DNA of 64,000 bases. Source: Octopus sinensis. Taxonomy: Eukaryota. The translations under genes were made by a program, and so were the position numbers. Shown here piece after piece: positions 1-12,125 of the stretch (position 1 is its first letter; every line of letters starts with the position of its first letter). The DNA lies in contig NC_043006.1 of NCBI RefSeq assembly GCF_006345805.1, positions 75,516,001-75,580,000 of the forward strand, given 5' to 3'. Below the pieces are notes generated by a model that saw nothing but the letters and a program-made list of their open reading frames with translations, was not told where the DNA came from and did no database searches.

Positions 1-51
<51 letters not shown>

Positions 52-63
52 CATATTATATAT

Positions 64-116
<53 letters not shown>

Positions 117-200
117 TATATATATATATGTATATATATATACATATATATACATATATATATATACACACACACACTTACACACATACGCAAATATATT
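1..200. repeat. (AT)n/(AC)n microsatellite
   Basis: Direct dinucleotide repeat. Confidence 0.95.
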
Positions 201-229
201 ATATAAGTATGTATGTATATATGCGTGTG

Positions 230-432
230 TCTGTGTCTGTGTTGGTTCCCCTGCTTGACAACCAATGCTGGTGTGTTTGTGTCCCCGTAACGTAGCGGCT
301 TAGGAATACAGACCGATAAAATAAATACTAGGTTTGCTAAGAATAAGCCCTGGGGTTGATCCCTTCCACTAAAACCATTTAAGGTGGCACTCCAATCATA
401 CGGTTGAAACAATTAAAATAATAAAAGAATAC
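230..432 (+). mobile_element. tRNA-derived SINE family A, 3' half (diverged)
   Basis: Matches the gcttgacaacc...ccccgtaac...aataag...gaaacaa tail of the family A copies elsewhere in the window. Confidence 0.7.
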
Positions 433-454
433 ACACACACACACACATATCTCT

Positions 455-816
455 CTCTTTACTTGTTTCAGTCATTTGACTGTGGCCATGCGGGAGCACC
501 GACTTTAGTCGAGCAAATCGATCCCAGGACTTATTCTTTGGAAGCCTAGTACTTATTCTATCGGTTGTCAAGCGATATTGGGGGGATTAACACAGACACA
601 CAAACGTATACATATACACATATAAATACACATACATATAAATACATATATACGACGGGATTCTTTCAGTTTCCGTCTACCAAATCCACTCACAAAGCTT
701 TGGTCGGCTCGAGGCTATAGTAGAAGACACTTGCCCAAGGTGCCACGCAGTGGGAAGGAACCCAGAACCATGGTGTTGGTAAGCAAGCTACTTACCACAC
801 AGCCACTCCTGCACCT
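455..816 (-). mobile_element. tRNA-derived SINE family A (internal microsatellite)
   Basis: Reverse complement begins aggtgcaggagtggctgtgtggtaag, contains ccttgggcaagtgtc and ends in gtaaagag; one of >15 copies in the window. Confidence 0.85.
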
Positions 817-956
817 GAAAACCTTTTAATAAAAGAAGTTTTGGATGTTTATAAATCTCCATTCTGCTCTTGGTTTTCAATTTTATATATATATTCATTT
901 AAGTAGCACGTGTATACATATATATACAATGCATACATATACACACACATATATAT

Positions 957-996
<40 letters not shown>

Positions 997-1331
997 CTAT
1001 ATAAGTTCAGCAAAAATTTAGATTCAATTGAATATGGTACTTAATTTAGATGCACCAGAATTTTGTATGGTGTTATCCATAAAAATCCGTGGGATGATTA
1101 TAATCAAAATAAGCAACAAGAATGACTCCAGTAATTGTATATATATACTAGCAGAGATACCCGGCGTTGCCCGGTTACATTCAATAGAAGAATTAGACTT
1201 TTCTGTTATATATATATATGGATACACACACACACACACACACAAATAAATGTATATTAATATAAATACATGAAAGTACATGAAGTTTGTTAAAAAAAGG
1301 GGATCATGTATATACTTCCTGGCTGTTGAGA

Positions 1332-2900
1332 TTATAACACCTCGTTGTAAACAATGTTCCTTGTTTTTCCTCGTGGAGCATATACCAAAATGTTTCTTTT
1401 GGTTCCTACTCTTGAGCAGCCAACATACAGTTGCCTATGCGAGAAGCAGGGCTCTTCCAAGAGAAGACCAGCTACAGAGAGGGTTTGACCCTGAGATTTG
1501 TTAATGGACATGGCAAAGCTGACACGAAGGGGAAATTGCTGTCTTCTGAATGTAAATAGAATTTCTGCTCCTGATGGAGTAAGAGGAAATCTTGGAATAA
1601 AGACGTTATCACCTTTTCCACATCCAGAAAGAATGATCGCCTCGATAAAGTGTGATATCATTTTCTTTATCACCAGTCGTGTTCCATTGCAAAGTCTTGG
1701 TGGTTCCAGATTGCGGAGTAGCATTACAGGAGTTCCAACTTTAAGTGGTAATATGTGTGGCGGTAGTCGAGAAGGCTCCAGTGAATTGAGAAATTCAGGA
1801 GGATAGTTCACAACTTCATTTATATCTGGAATTGTATCAACAGACTTGTAAGTGTGTATAGTGCCGGGAAGAGAATGCATTAGCTGTAGATTAATTTTGT
1901 TAACAGCGACGTTTTTTGGAGCTAATATTGCTCTTTCACATAGCCAATTGTGATTTTGGTAGTTTTGTGTGAAGTTGGGAAAGACTTTGTTTTTGAAGTC
2001 ATCTACAGAATTAACAACAGAGGAAAATGACCACACTTCCATTTGTCCTGCAGCATCGAGAGGCATCTTGTCTTCACCAAGTGTCAAAATGTCCTGTGCA
2101 AACTTTGTGGACATTTTGTCGCCGTGTAGCTGAGCTCTCATGTTAGTGGTGAGACTAAAGATTGTAACATGATTGAACTTCATCAGCTCTAGTGCCTTTC
2201 GGAATGACAGGAAGAGTTTGCCTGAAATCACCTGACAACAGAAAGCGTTACACATCCCATTGGAGCCTGACAGTCTCGGATGTCTTTCAGGGCTCTATCT
2301 AATGCTTCCAAAGCTCCCTTGGGAGCCATAGTGCACTCATCCCAGACAATTACATAACACATTTTAAGTACTTGTCCCTGATCTGAGCTTTTGGTGATGT
2401 TGCATGAAGGCATTTCGGATGCTGCTAAATTGAGAGGGAGTTTAAAAGTTGAGTGTGCTGTCCTGCCACCGGGTAACAAAGTAGCTGCAATGCCAGAGGA
2501 GGCTACAGCTACTGCAATGCCCTGATGCTACCTAACTTCTGCAAGGAGAAGCTTTGTAATAAATGTTTTTCCTGTCCCTCCAGGAGCATCGAGGAAGAAG
2601 ATTCGTCTCTCGCGTTGGTGTACACTGTTAAGAATAGTTCTGTAGGCCTGCAGCTGGTCCGGAAGTAATTTAGGCTCATTTTCAACAATGTACTGTGAAA
2701 GCGCTTGAGTGTCGTAGGTTGTTTCACGAATGACAGCAGTGGGAAGGCTATTTGACCCTGACCTGAATGCTTGTGGCAGGCCATACGTCAACAATTCATT
2801 TCCACCCAGTTTAGCAATTCTGTCTTCAATGTCAATGAGTGTTTTGTTATAGATTTCATTGCTGATACCCTCCATGTCAGGATAGAGCAGTAGAGCTTGG
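1332..2900 (-). pseudogene. Helitron PIF1-family helicase, frameshifted remnant
   Basis: Three ORF pieces carry Walker A FFLDAPGGTGKTF, GGRTAHSTFKLPL, Walker B IVWDECTM, GTPVMLLRNL..CNGTRL, RQQFPLRVSFAMSINKSQGQTL and FSHRQLYVGCSRV. Confidence 0.93.
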
Positions 2901-3053
2901 CGCTGAAGGGGACAATGTTTTTGAGATTCCGGTTCGAAAGTAAGGCAGGTTTGAAAGTGTTCCCAACAGTTATTAGTTGTAGTGGTAGAGTGTTTATGCC
3001 GAATGTGTACGAATGCATGTATATATATATGTATGCATGCCTGTATATATGTA

Positions 3054-3187
3054 CAAAATCCACTGAGAAGGCTTTTGTTGGTCTGAAGCTACAGCAGAAG
3101 ACACATGCCAACTCACCATACAGTGGCACTGAACCCAGGACCATGTGTTTGGAACGTAGTTTGTTACCACACAGCCACACCTGCCCC
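3054..3187 (-). mobile_element. SINE family A, 5' half
   Basis: tRNA-like head plus the segment up to caaatccact. Confidence 0.7.
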
Positions 3188-3402
3188 TATGTATGTGTGT
3201 GTGTGTGTGTGCGTATGTGTGTATGGATAGATATATTATGCATGTATATATGTGTATATATATATGTACATATTACATGTACATCTATATATATACATCT
3301 ACACATAAAATAGAAAATACAAAGTTATATCTTGATATCGCCAGTGATGACAATACTCAAAATATATAACAGACTGGAATTGTAGGCCCGTCTCTTGCAA
3401 TC

Positions 3403-3544
3403 CGTCTACCAAATCCACTCACAAGGCTTTGGTCGGCCCGAGACTATAGTAGAAGACACTTGCCCAAGGTGCCACGCAGTGGGACTGAACCCGGAACCAT
3501 GTGGTTGGTAAACAAGCTACTTACCACACAGCCACTTCTGCGTC
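3403..3544 (-). mobile_element. SINE family A, 5' half
   Basis: Near-consensus head through gtctaccaaatcc. Confidence 0.85.
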
Positions 3545-3834
3545 TATACTTTAATAGTTTCACACTTGCAAAGAGAAAGTAGGAGAAAGTGTGGTGGTAA
3601 TAGCAGGAGTAAACCACTTGAAATGAGGTAGGCAAATCGTAAAATATTGAATTTTCTCGAATTTTTGCTTAATTGGGGGTCAAATTGAAAAAACTTTACA
3701 TGTCATGACCCAATCGAATCTACTTGGAAAAATCATAGGTAAATTCCAATTGAAGAAATTCTATATTGTAGAATTGTATTAAAAAGAAACATGGGAACAG
3801 GCAGAGAAAATCTGCCTTTTATCATAAGAGATAT

Positions 3835-3844
3835 ACATTTATAC

Positions 3845-3877
<33 letters not shown>

Positions 3878-3917
3878 CATACATATATACTTATATTTAC
3901 ATACATACACATACACA

Positions 3918-3988
<71 letters not shown>

Positions 3989-3995
3989 GAGAGAG
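3835..3995. repeat. (AT)n/(CA)n/(GA)n microsatellite
   Basis: Direct repeat. Confidence 0.9.
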
Positions 3996-4042
3996 AATTT
4001 GTTTTGGTGTTTGAAAGATGTACCTGAATATCACACTTGTAG

Positions 4043-4334
4043 TTGTTTTAAATTGTGTAATAGATATGACGATTTATTCAAATAGCAGACTGGTTTCGAC
4101 AATTTTTTGCTGATCAGTGGTAAAAACGAATAAATAAATAATGGGCTTAGGAGAGTTTAAATTTGAAAAGTAAAATACGGAAAAACATTTGATCGTTTAA
4201 ACATGTTTTTCCGAATTTTACCTTGCAACTTTAAACTCTTCTAATCCCTTTATTCCTTTTTACCATTGATAGGCAAAAAATTGTCGAAACCGGTTTGGTA
4301 TTTGAATAAATCTATTACAAAATTTTAAAATGAC
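4043..4334. repeat. Long imperfect inverted repeat with degenerate HHR in each arm (PLE-derived)
   Basis: Arms ~4043-4188 and ~4202-4334 are reverse complements. HHR-like motifs at 4083-4122 (-) and 4261-4300 (+: tacca..GAAAccggTT tggta). Confidence 0.75.
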
Positions 4335-5298
4335 TGTCTTTTCACAGCTATCTGGATGTTTCTATTGTATACGTTGATTAAAAAATAGGGGCATTTAACC
4401 TTCGTTTTCAAAACTAGCCTAATGTTTCTGAAGCCAACTTTAAATCAAACTTGTTATGAGAGAAGTAGTATCTTCAAATTATAAATCCTGTTTTGTTCAT
4501 TAATATATAATCTAGACAGACAGATATTAAGAATACGCCAAGTAAATAAATACAAAATTGCTAAGTATCCATATGCGTTTATGTTGATAGCTTTTTATTA
4601 TTAATTCCGATATTTCCATTCCGGTGAGAAATATGAATAATGTTTTACAATCACATACAACCAATCAGAGAGTATATCTAATGAAACGTTACATATTCGC
4701 TTAAGCTCTTCGTTTGCAGACAACAGGGTATTCGTGAATAGGTAAAAATTTCTTAAGTAATGCAGTGTCCGTATTCATTTTATCATTGTTCCTTTATATC
4801 AAAACATACAAAGGAAAAAAAAAATGAAATCCATAATTCCAGACAGCATTGAAAACCGCCAAGTTAATATAATGCGTGTCGTAATTCGATGCACGTAAGT
4901 GTGTGCGTCTGTGTGTGTGCGCGTGCGTGTGTATGTTTGTGCAATCTCAGCGATAAAATTTAGGCACTGATCCGAAAGTGACAGAAAACAGGCGTCTTTA
5001 TGTACAAAAACGAAAAGCTAGAGACTAAGATGAAGTTCTTTAGAAATATTTAATAATTTGGATTGGATACCAAGTCAAAGCTTCAATGTATAGCATGACA
5101 GGTTTCTGGTGCCTGTGAGGAAAGATAACAAGTAGCAAGTATTACAAAACTTTCTTTGACAGGATATCTCTGTCAAAATAACGCTGTGAGCTTATTAGCT
5201 ACAATGTGAATGTATAAGTTTATACACTACAGATGATGCAGCCTTGAATATATTTCCTAGTAAAACTGTTTCTCATATATATATATATATATATCTGA

Positions 5299-6130
5299 GA
5301 ATCCACAAAAAAACAACAAAAGACGAAGACAGGTGGTGTAGACAACAAACAGATGTATTAGGTTAACGCTCGGGAAGTGAAAAAGTCTTTAACGTTTCGA
5401 GCCTACGCTCTTCCACAGAAAAGAACACAGAAAGAAACAAGGAGAGAAAATAAATAAAGTGTAGTGGCTAACGATCTATCATGGCAAATGCCGGAGAGAA
5501 GAGTTACACAGGAGAGCTAGGAAGAAGGGGAGATAATAAAGTAGTGGTGGTTCCCAAACGAAGGTGCGCGTGCGTATGTATTTGAGAGTTTGTATGTGCG
5601 TGTGGAAGAGGGCTGGTGACCTTGACGTGTGCGTGTGTGCAGGGCTGAAAATGTAGAGCAGGGAAGTGGTAAGTGCTGGTGTGTACGTGGTGGTGTGTTG
5701 TATGGTATGGTGGTGTATGGTGTAGTGATGTGTGGTGTGGTGTGATAGTGTTGAGAGGAGGGGGAGGTGAGAGTGGGGAAAGCAAGGGTGGGGGTAGAGG
5801 TGGGGTATGCGGGAATGGAATGGGAAGGATAGGGAAGGTAGGGTTGGAATGTGTAGGTACAGGTTTTATAATTTATTGGTACCTTGCGGTATTATTCAAA
5901 TAACTTTTCTTTTTGTATAAAAAGTGGCTTTCCATATCAAAATGGATGGTAGTTGCTGGACCTTCGCATGTGTGAACCAGGGGCTGTATCTTGTGTTTGA
6001 TGGAAGACGAACAAATGGCTTTTGGATATTTTAAGTCAGTTTTCATTGGACTAATTTTCATGATCTCTGCAAAATTACTAACAGTCGTGGGCAGTTCTTT
6101 GATTGCCTTGGAGTTTTTGTTTGGTGTCAT
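5299..6130 (-). mobile_element. Penelope-like element 3' remnant
   Basis: HHR-like motif at 5387-5423; the ~120 nt after it are shared with 61258-61380. The upstream ORF resemblance to a PLE linker is weak. Confidence 0.5.
5387..5423 (-). ncRNA. Minimal hammerhead-like motif, variant core CUGUGGA
   Basis: ctttt CTGTGGA a gagc gtag gctc GAAA cg TT aaag: stem II is perfect and stem I is possible; position 6 is U instead of A. Confidence 0.45.
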
Positions 6131-6144
6131 GTAACTTGTGAAGG

Positions 6145-6410
6145 GGTGTGACTTTGTGGTTAGAGTATTAGGCTCGCGATCTTAGGGTCGGGAGTTCGAT
6201 TCCCGGCGGCGCGTTATTTCATGTTGCTCCAGTTCACTCAGCCGGCAAAAATGAGTAGTACCTGTATTTCAAGGGGCCAGCCTTGTTACAGTCTGTGTCA
6301 CGCTGAATCTCCACGAGAAGTATGTGCAGGCGCATGCGTGTCTGTGGAGCTGTTCCTTTGAGCGGATCAACTGGAACCCTGGTCGTCCTAAGCAACGGAG
6401 CGTCAGTTCA
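6145..6410 (+). mobile_element. tRNA-derived SINE family B-type
   Basis: A box gtggttag, B box gagttcgattcc, and body gagtagtacctgtatttcaa shared with the 52.3 and 53.5 kb copies. Confidence 0.75.
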
Positions 6411-6989
6411 CGCAATTGGACCAAAGTCTTTGAGCAGTCAGAATCTTATTGTTTTAGTGTTGCATTTTACTCTTGCTAACAACTTTGACTGTATGGCATT
6501 GCTATGTATAAATGAAAATGCAACAAGAAGACAATGAAATTCGGTCGGCCTGGAGTGTCATGACACGAGATCTGCTTGATCTGTTAAGTGACTTGTTTTC
6601 ACCTGTCTGACCAAATTAAGACAAATCTTTTCTAGATATTGCCTGGAGATAGATTTAGCTGAGTTGATAGTTTTCTAAAAACGAGTCCATTATCACATAA
6701 AGCAACAACCGAAGACCCTTTTTCAGATGACAATTCCATAGATTTATAAAACATTGATGTACCTTGCATTAACAGAGAGAGAATATTATGAAACGTTTCG
6801 TTATTCATACTTTATAATACGTAACATAAAATGAGTTAACTTCGTTGCTTACAAATATCTAGTGGCTAATTAGATTTTATATTTATATTAACACATACAT
6901 AGAAGAATACTACATTTCATGTTTCTATCGAGATTTTTGATCAAGATTGTGAAATCCCCCCCCCCACAGAGACGTTAATAATATATATA

Positions 6990-7110
6990 GGACGGGTTTT
7001 CATCTACCAAATTCAATCGCAAGGCATTGATCGGGCAGGGCTGTAGTAGAAGACACTCGCCCAAGATGTTGCGCAGTAGGACTGAATCTAGAACAACGTG
7101 GCTGAGCTCG
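6990..7110 (-). mobile_element. SINE family A 5' fragment (diverged)
   Basis: tctaccaaattc...agaagacactcgcccaag motif. Confidence 0.6.
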
Positions 7111-7366
7111 TCTCTGAAAAAAGTTAACTAGTGACGTTTTATATCTATGGAGACAATCACTATCTCTGTGGAAACATATATATTTTCAGTGCTTTTTCGT
7201 ATATACTTCTGTACTGTAAGAGATTTTATTATTTTTTTTTTTCACCTCCGTTATTCCACCATTTACATCTAAAAATGATAAAGTGATGCGATCTGAATTT
7301 ATTCGAGAAATAAATAAGCTGAACTGTAACTTCAAAGATAGAATTACTTTTGATATCCTGAAATGT

Positions 7367-7742
7367 AAGACGGCGAGCTGGCAGAATTGTTAGCAGGCTG
7401 GACGAAATGCTTAGTGGTATTTCACCCGTCGCTACGTTCTGAGTTCAAATTCCGCCGAGGCCAACTTTACCATTCATCCCTTCGGGGTCGATAAATTAAG
7501 TACAAGTTGAGAACTGGGGTCGATGTAATTGACTATCCCCTCTCCCACATCTCAGGCCTTGTGCCAATAGTAGAAAGGCTATCGTCTGTCTTTACGCTCT
7601 GAGTTCAAATTCCGACGAGGTTGACTTCGCCTGTCATCCTTTCGGGGTAGATAAATTAAGTACCAGTAGCGTACTGTGGTCGATCTAATCGGCTGGCCCC
7701 CTCCCCACAAATTTCAGGCCGTATGCCTAGAGTAGAAAAGAA
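7367..7742 (+). mobile_element. Two tandem tRNA-derived SINE family C copies (second one 5'-truncated)
   Basis: ggcgagctggcaga head, B box gagttcaaattcc and ggggtcgataaattaagtac body, twice; junction near 7578. Confidence 0.85.
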
Positions 7743-8402
7743 TATCCTGAAATATGAGTGATTTTGTGTGTAAATTTTTATATTGCATTGGTTGTCTGAA
7801 GTACGTTCTGTTGCTTGGAGGTTTGTGTGATGTATTGCTGAGGTTTTCCATTCTGTCTATTTTATAATATATGTTTAATTGTTAGTTGGTGGTTAAGTGT
7901 AATATATGTTGTTCTCTGTTTCACACACTCACACATACACATGTATGTATGTATATGTCTACATATATATTTGTATGTATGTGTATATTTATATATGAAC
8001 CTTCGCTCACATAAATGCCCGCATGCACATAGCATACATACGTATCTGTAAGCCAACCCATTGCGTCTTTAAACATATATCGCCGTAGTGCGTGTCTTTA
8101 CAAACTTTAATCAGATGGAATTTATCGAGGAATAAAAACATTGTAGCTGTGACATACCTGCTTGTCAATAGATAAATTAGAATCACGCGAAAGCTTCTCA
8201 AGTACCTGCTTTTTCCGAAATGGACTTTTCGCGTAACTATCTACAACATCTGTTGGAAACTTCACCACTTATCAGGACTAGTATCACCAATATCCATTTA
8301 TTTTCACTGCAAGCAAATTATTATTTATTATTGTACTTTCCTTAGTAATTGCTGAGAGATGCACGCAACCAGTTCAGTCATTAAGTTGTCATCAGATTGG
8401 CC

Positions 8403-8433
<31 letters not shown>

Positions 8434-8509
8434 GTGTGTGTGTGTGTGTGTATATATTTATTTATTTGTTCATCTATTTATGTATTTATTTATGGCATAT
8501 TTTTTGTCA

Positions 8510-8961
8510 TTTATTATTTTCAGTCATTAGACTGCGGCCATGATGGAGCACCGTCTAGGAGAATTTCTTTAGTCGAATGAATTGACCCCAGGACTTATTC
8601 TTTTTCAAGTGTGGTACTTTTTCCCATCGGGTTTCTGCACTGGCTTTTAAGTGGTGTGGTGGTGGAGCACAGACACAAAGACACACAAAGACACACTCAC
8701 ACGCACTGTCTCTCTCTCTCACAGACAAACAGACAGAGAGACAGACAGACAGACAGACACACACACACACACACACACACATACATACACGCACACACAC
8801 GACAAGCTTCTTTCTGTTTCCGTGTACAAAATCTATTCAAAGGTTTTGGTCGGCTCGATGCTATAGTAGAAGCCACATGCCCAAGGTGCCACACTGTGGG
8901 CATGAACCGAGAACCATGCGGTTGGGAAGCAAGCCTCTCATCACACGGCCACGCCTGCGCT
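8510..8961 (-). mobile_element. SINE family A-like with internal (ACAG)n/(CA)n
   Basis: cagtcattagactgcggccatg tail and ccacgcctgcgc head. Confidence 0.75.
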
Positions 8962-8966
8962 GTATG

Positions 8967-9356
8967 TCTTTTATCTTTCACTTGTTTCAGTCTCCGGACT
9001 GCGGCCATGCTATGCTGGGGTACCGCCTTGAAAAGTTTAGTCGAAGAAATCGACCGCAGTACTTGGCTTTAAGTCTGATTTTTATTCTATCGGCTCTCTG
9101 TTGCTAAACTGCTAGATTACGGGGATGCAAACAAACCAACACCGGTTGTCAAATGGTGTCTGAGTGCGCAAACACAGGTAGTGAAACACACGCACACACA
9201 CACACATATACGAATGGCTTCGAAACAGTGCCCTCCTACCAAATTTATTAGCAAGGTATTGGTCGACCCGAAGACATTTCCCCGCATGGTAGGAGCGAAC
9301 CTGAAACCACGTGGCTTCAAAACGAGATTCTTAATCACACAAATCATGCCTGCACT
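8967..9356 (-). mobile_element. SINE family A-like (diverged)
   Basis: Same tail and head motifs with more substitutions. Confidence 0.65.
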
Positions 9357-9429
9357 CATCTCAAATAGTTTTGCAATAACTGAATCAGTTAAGTGTCTGA
9401 CAAATTCATTGCAGTATGTTGGTATGTGT

Positions 9430-9740
9430 GGAGGCGCAATGGCCCAGTGGTTAGGGCAGCGAACTCGCGGTTGTAGGATCGCGGTTTCGATTCCCAGACC
9501 GTGCTTTGTGAGTGTTTATTGAGCGAAAACATCTAAAGCCCCATGAGGCTCCGGCAGGGAGTGGTGGAGATTCCTGCTGCACTCTTTCGCCGCAACTTTC
9601 TCTCACTCTTTCTTCTGTTGGCCTGCTCGCTTAGCCAGTGAGGTAGCGTCATTTGAAGGCTAAAACAATGCGAAACGCATTGTGACCAGCGATGTGTAGC
9701 AACATCTGATAGCCCGGTCGGTCACGGTGATCACGGTGAT
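9430..9740 (+). mobile_element. tRNA-derived SINE family B
   Basis: ggaggcgcaatggcccagtggttag A box and ggtttcgattcc B box; matches 40605-40895. Confidence 0.85.
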
Positions 9741-10302
9741 GTTGGTATGTCTATTATCTCCTGCGTTCAAATCTCACTGGGGATGATTTTTTTGTGTCCT
9801 TTTGCCTTGTTAATTTTAAGCTTGATAAAATACTTGCCAGTGAAGCGCTTAGGCCGATTCAATCGGTTATATGACACTTGCTTACAAATTTGTAGCATTT
9901 TGCTTTTCACAGAAGTATTTATTGTTTCTTTTACAATTGCAGTAAAACAGTTGAAGTGATGGCGCAACAGAAAGGGTTAGAATAAAGAGTTTAGTTTTCT
10001 TTATCTACGTTGAACTGAACTTATATTCTGCTACACACAAACACACATTATGATCGACTTTTCTTTACAAGATTATCTAAATAATTCTACAATAAATCAA
10101 TTTATTATACTTATTAAAATAAGTTTTTAAAATAATAATCATATAATTAAAATGGATCTACTTTTTAAATAAAACATGAATATTGAAAATATAGTATAAA
10201 CAACCAATAAATTAATATAAACTCAATGCAGACTGTTATATATTACAAATCTATGAATGTTTATAATACAATGTTGGTGTGTGTTTCTGTGTGTGCCTGT
10301 GA

Positions 10303-10600
10303 AGGCGTATGGCTCAATTACTAGAGCGTAGGGATCACAATGATGAGGTAGTGAGGTCGATTCCCAGACCGGGTTGTATGTTGTGTTCTGGTGCAAGACA
10401 TTTTATTTCACGTTGCTCCAGTTCTCTCAGCTGTAGAATTGAGTTGCTACGTCACTGGTGCCAAGCTGTATCGGCCTTTGCCTTTCCCTTGGGCGACTGC
10501 TGGTCTTCCATAAACAACCTTGCCCGGACTTGTGCATCGGGGGGTAACTTCCTAGGTGCAATCCCATAGTTATTTGTAACCGAAAGGGGGTTTTACCCTT
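10303..10600 (+). mobile_element. tRNA-derived SINE (B-related family)
   Basis: gaaggcgtatggctcaa head, ggtcgattcc B box and atttcacgttgctccag body. Confidence 0.65.
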
Positions 10601-11049
10601 TATAATACATTCAGTTTACTTAATCCACATGTCAATACTTGAAAAACTTGTAATTATATAAAATAAACTCTCTTCATCGCTATAGAGACCAGCAATGTTA
10701 AATAGTGTGTATAGGTTTCCATACTTACGGGTGAATGTAATTTGGACTGAGTGATCATAGTATAAAACACCGGTTCTTAATCTGGTCGTTGTGATTTCAA
10801 AAAACACATCAAATTGGGGGCTGGGAACACTGGTTTTCGTTTAGAAGGAGTGTGATTCTTCTTAGAATTGAAATATTTCAACAAGATACAGAATTCATAT
10901 TCTAAGCTGATGAAACAATCTTTGTCAGATTTAAAATATGAACAGGATAACGCGTTATCGATGAACAGAATAAGGACTAATGTTACATCAACGTTCAATT
11001 TAATTTCATTATCTATTTCTTCATGGCGGCAAATCAACAAAAGTTTACT

Positions 11050-11200
11050 ACACTGGACAAAATACATTGCGGCATTTCTTCTGGTTTTACGTTTCGAGTT
11101 CCAATTCCGCTGAGGCCTACTGTATCTTTGATCATTCTTTGGATCGATAAATTAAGTACGACATGAGCACTGGGGTCGATGTAATCAACATATCAGGTGT
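11050..11200 (+). mobile_element. SINE family C fragment
   Basis: gagttccaattccg...gataaattaagtac...ggggtcgatgtaatc. Confidence 0.65.
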
Positions 11201-11974
11201 ACCAAAATCTGAAACGATTATCTAGTTCTTACCCCGCACCAACTTTTGTTTTAGTAATTTTCCCAAAACTTTAACATATAATTGGTCTCTGCAAATATCT
11301 TAAAAGAAATACATAGAGGATGAGGTACTTAATTACCTTCTGCTAGGCTTAAATAATCTATTTCTGTTTTGCAAAGCACGATGACTTAAATTTGTAAGAT
11401 ACCATTCCTTGAAAGAGAAGTACTGAACTACAATTAACCAAGAACCGGTAATATAAAGCAATACGCATACGACGCCATAAATTATATTGTACGAATTACG
11501 CTAGTAAATTGTGAAACTAAACTATGTGGAACTAGACTGTAAGCTTACATTATAGAATTAAGTTGAATGCAAACGGCCACCAAGTTTTAGTTTTTATTAC
11601 AGCCTTAAAATAAGTACCAGTCATGTAATTGGATTTAGAATCGTGGTTTCGATTTCCAGTTCATACATTTAATTTAACATGTTATTCGTAACTTTGTTTC
11701 TGGGATGTTTAACGCCACTTACTCAGAGTATATTCTTCCCATTCCTTACATTATAACACAAGCTGACCAGCAATTGTAATTTCCTGGCAATGAGAAACAG
11801 CGTCTTACGTTTTAGGACGGTGAAATGGCGAATACTGACGTTTCTTTTTCCAAAGTCTCTAGCCATACGCAAAATGAAAGCATCGTTCAAGAACAGGAAC
11901 CAAATCGGACACCTGACGCGCTAAATGTCTTACCTTTCGTTTCTCGACGTTGACAACTTTACTTGCCAATATAC

Positions 11975-12125
11975 GAGGAGACGTCAAATTCCACCGAGGT
12001 CGACTTTGCCGTTCATCCTTTTAGGGTCGATAAATTAAGTACCAGTTGCTTATTGAGGTCGATCAAATCGACTGGATCCCTTCCATAAAACTTCAGGCCC
12101 TGTGTCGAGAGACCAGAAAAGAAAA
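11975..12125 (+). mobile_element. SINE family C, 5'-truncated
   Basis: caaattccaccgaggtcgactttgcc...gataaattaagtacc. Confidence 0.7.

Larger units (their letters stand above)
1148..3831 (-). mobile_element. Internally deleted Helitron (helicase retained, Rep domain not seen), interrupted by SINE fragments
   Basis: The 3' end is CTAG at 1148-1151 followed by T, with GC hairpin accgggcaacgccgggt at 1159-1175. The likely 5' end A|TCTCTTATGATAAAAGG at 3831 resembles the 5' end of the small Helitron at 20.7 kb; this boundary is less certain. Confidence 0.8.

Noticed and set aside
56-412. Long ORFs with YI/CV/HT/MYVC repeats here and at 17.3, 21.0, 23.4, 53.1, 56.2 and 63.2 kb
   Set aside because: These are translations of stop-free microsatellites.
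9430-9500. Additional tRNA genes at SINE heads
   Set aside because: A and B boxes are present, but there is no complete cloverleaf and each continues into a SINE body.
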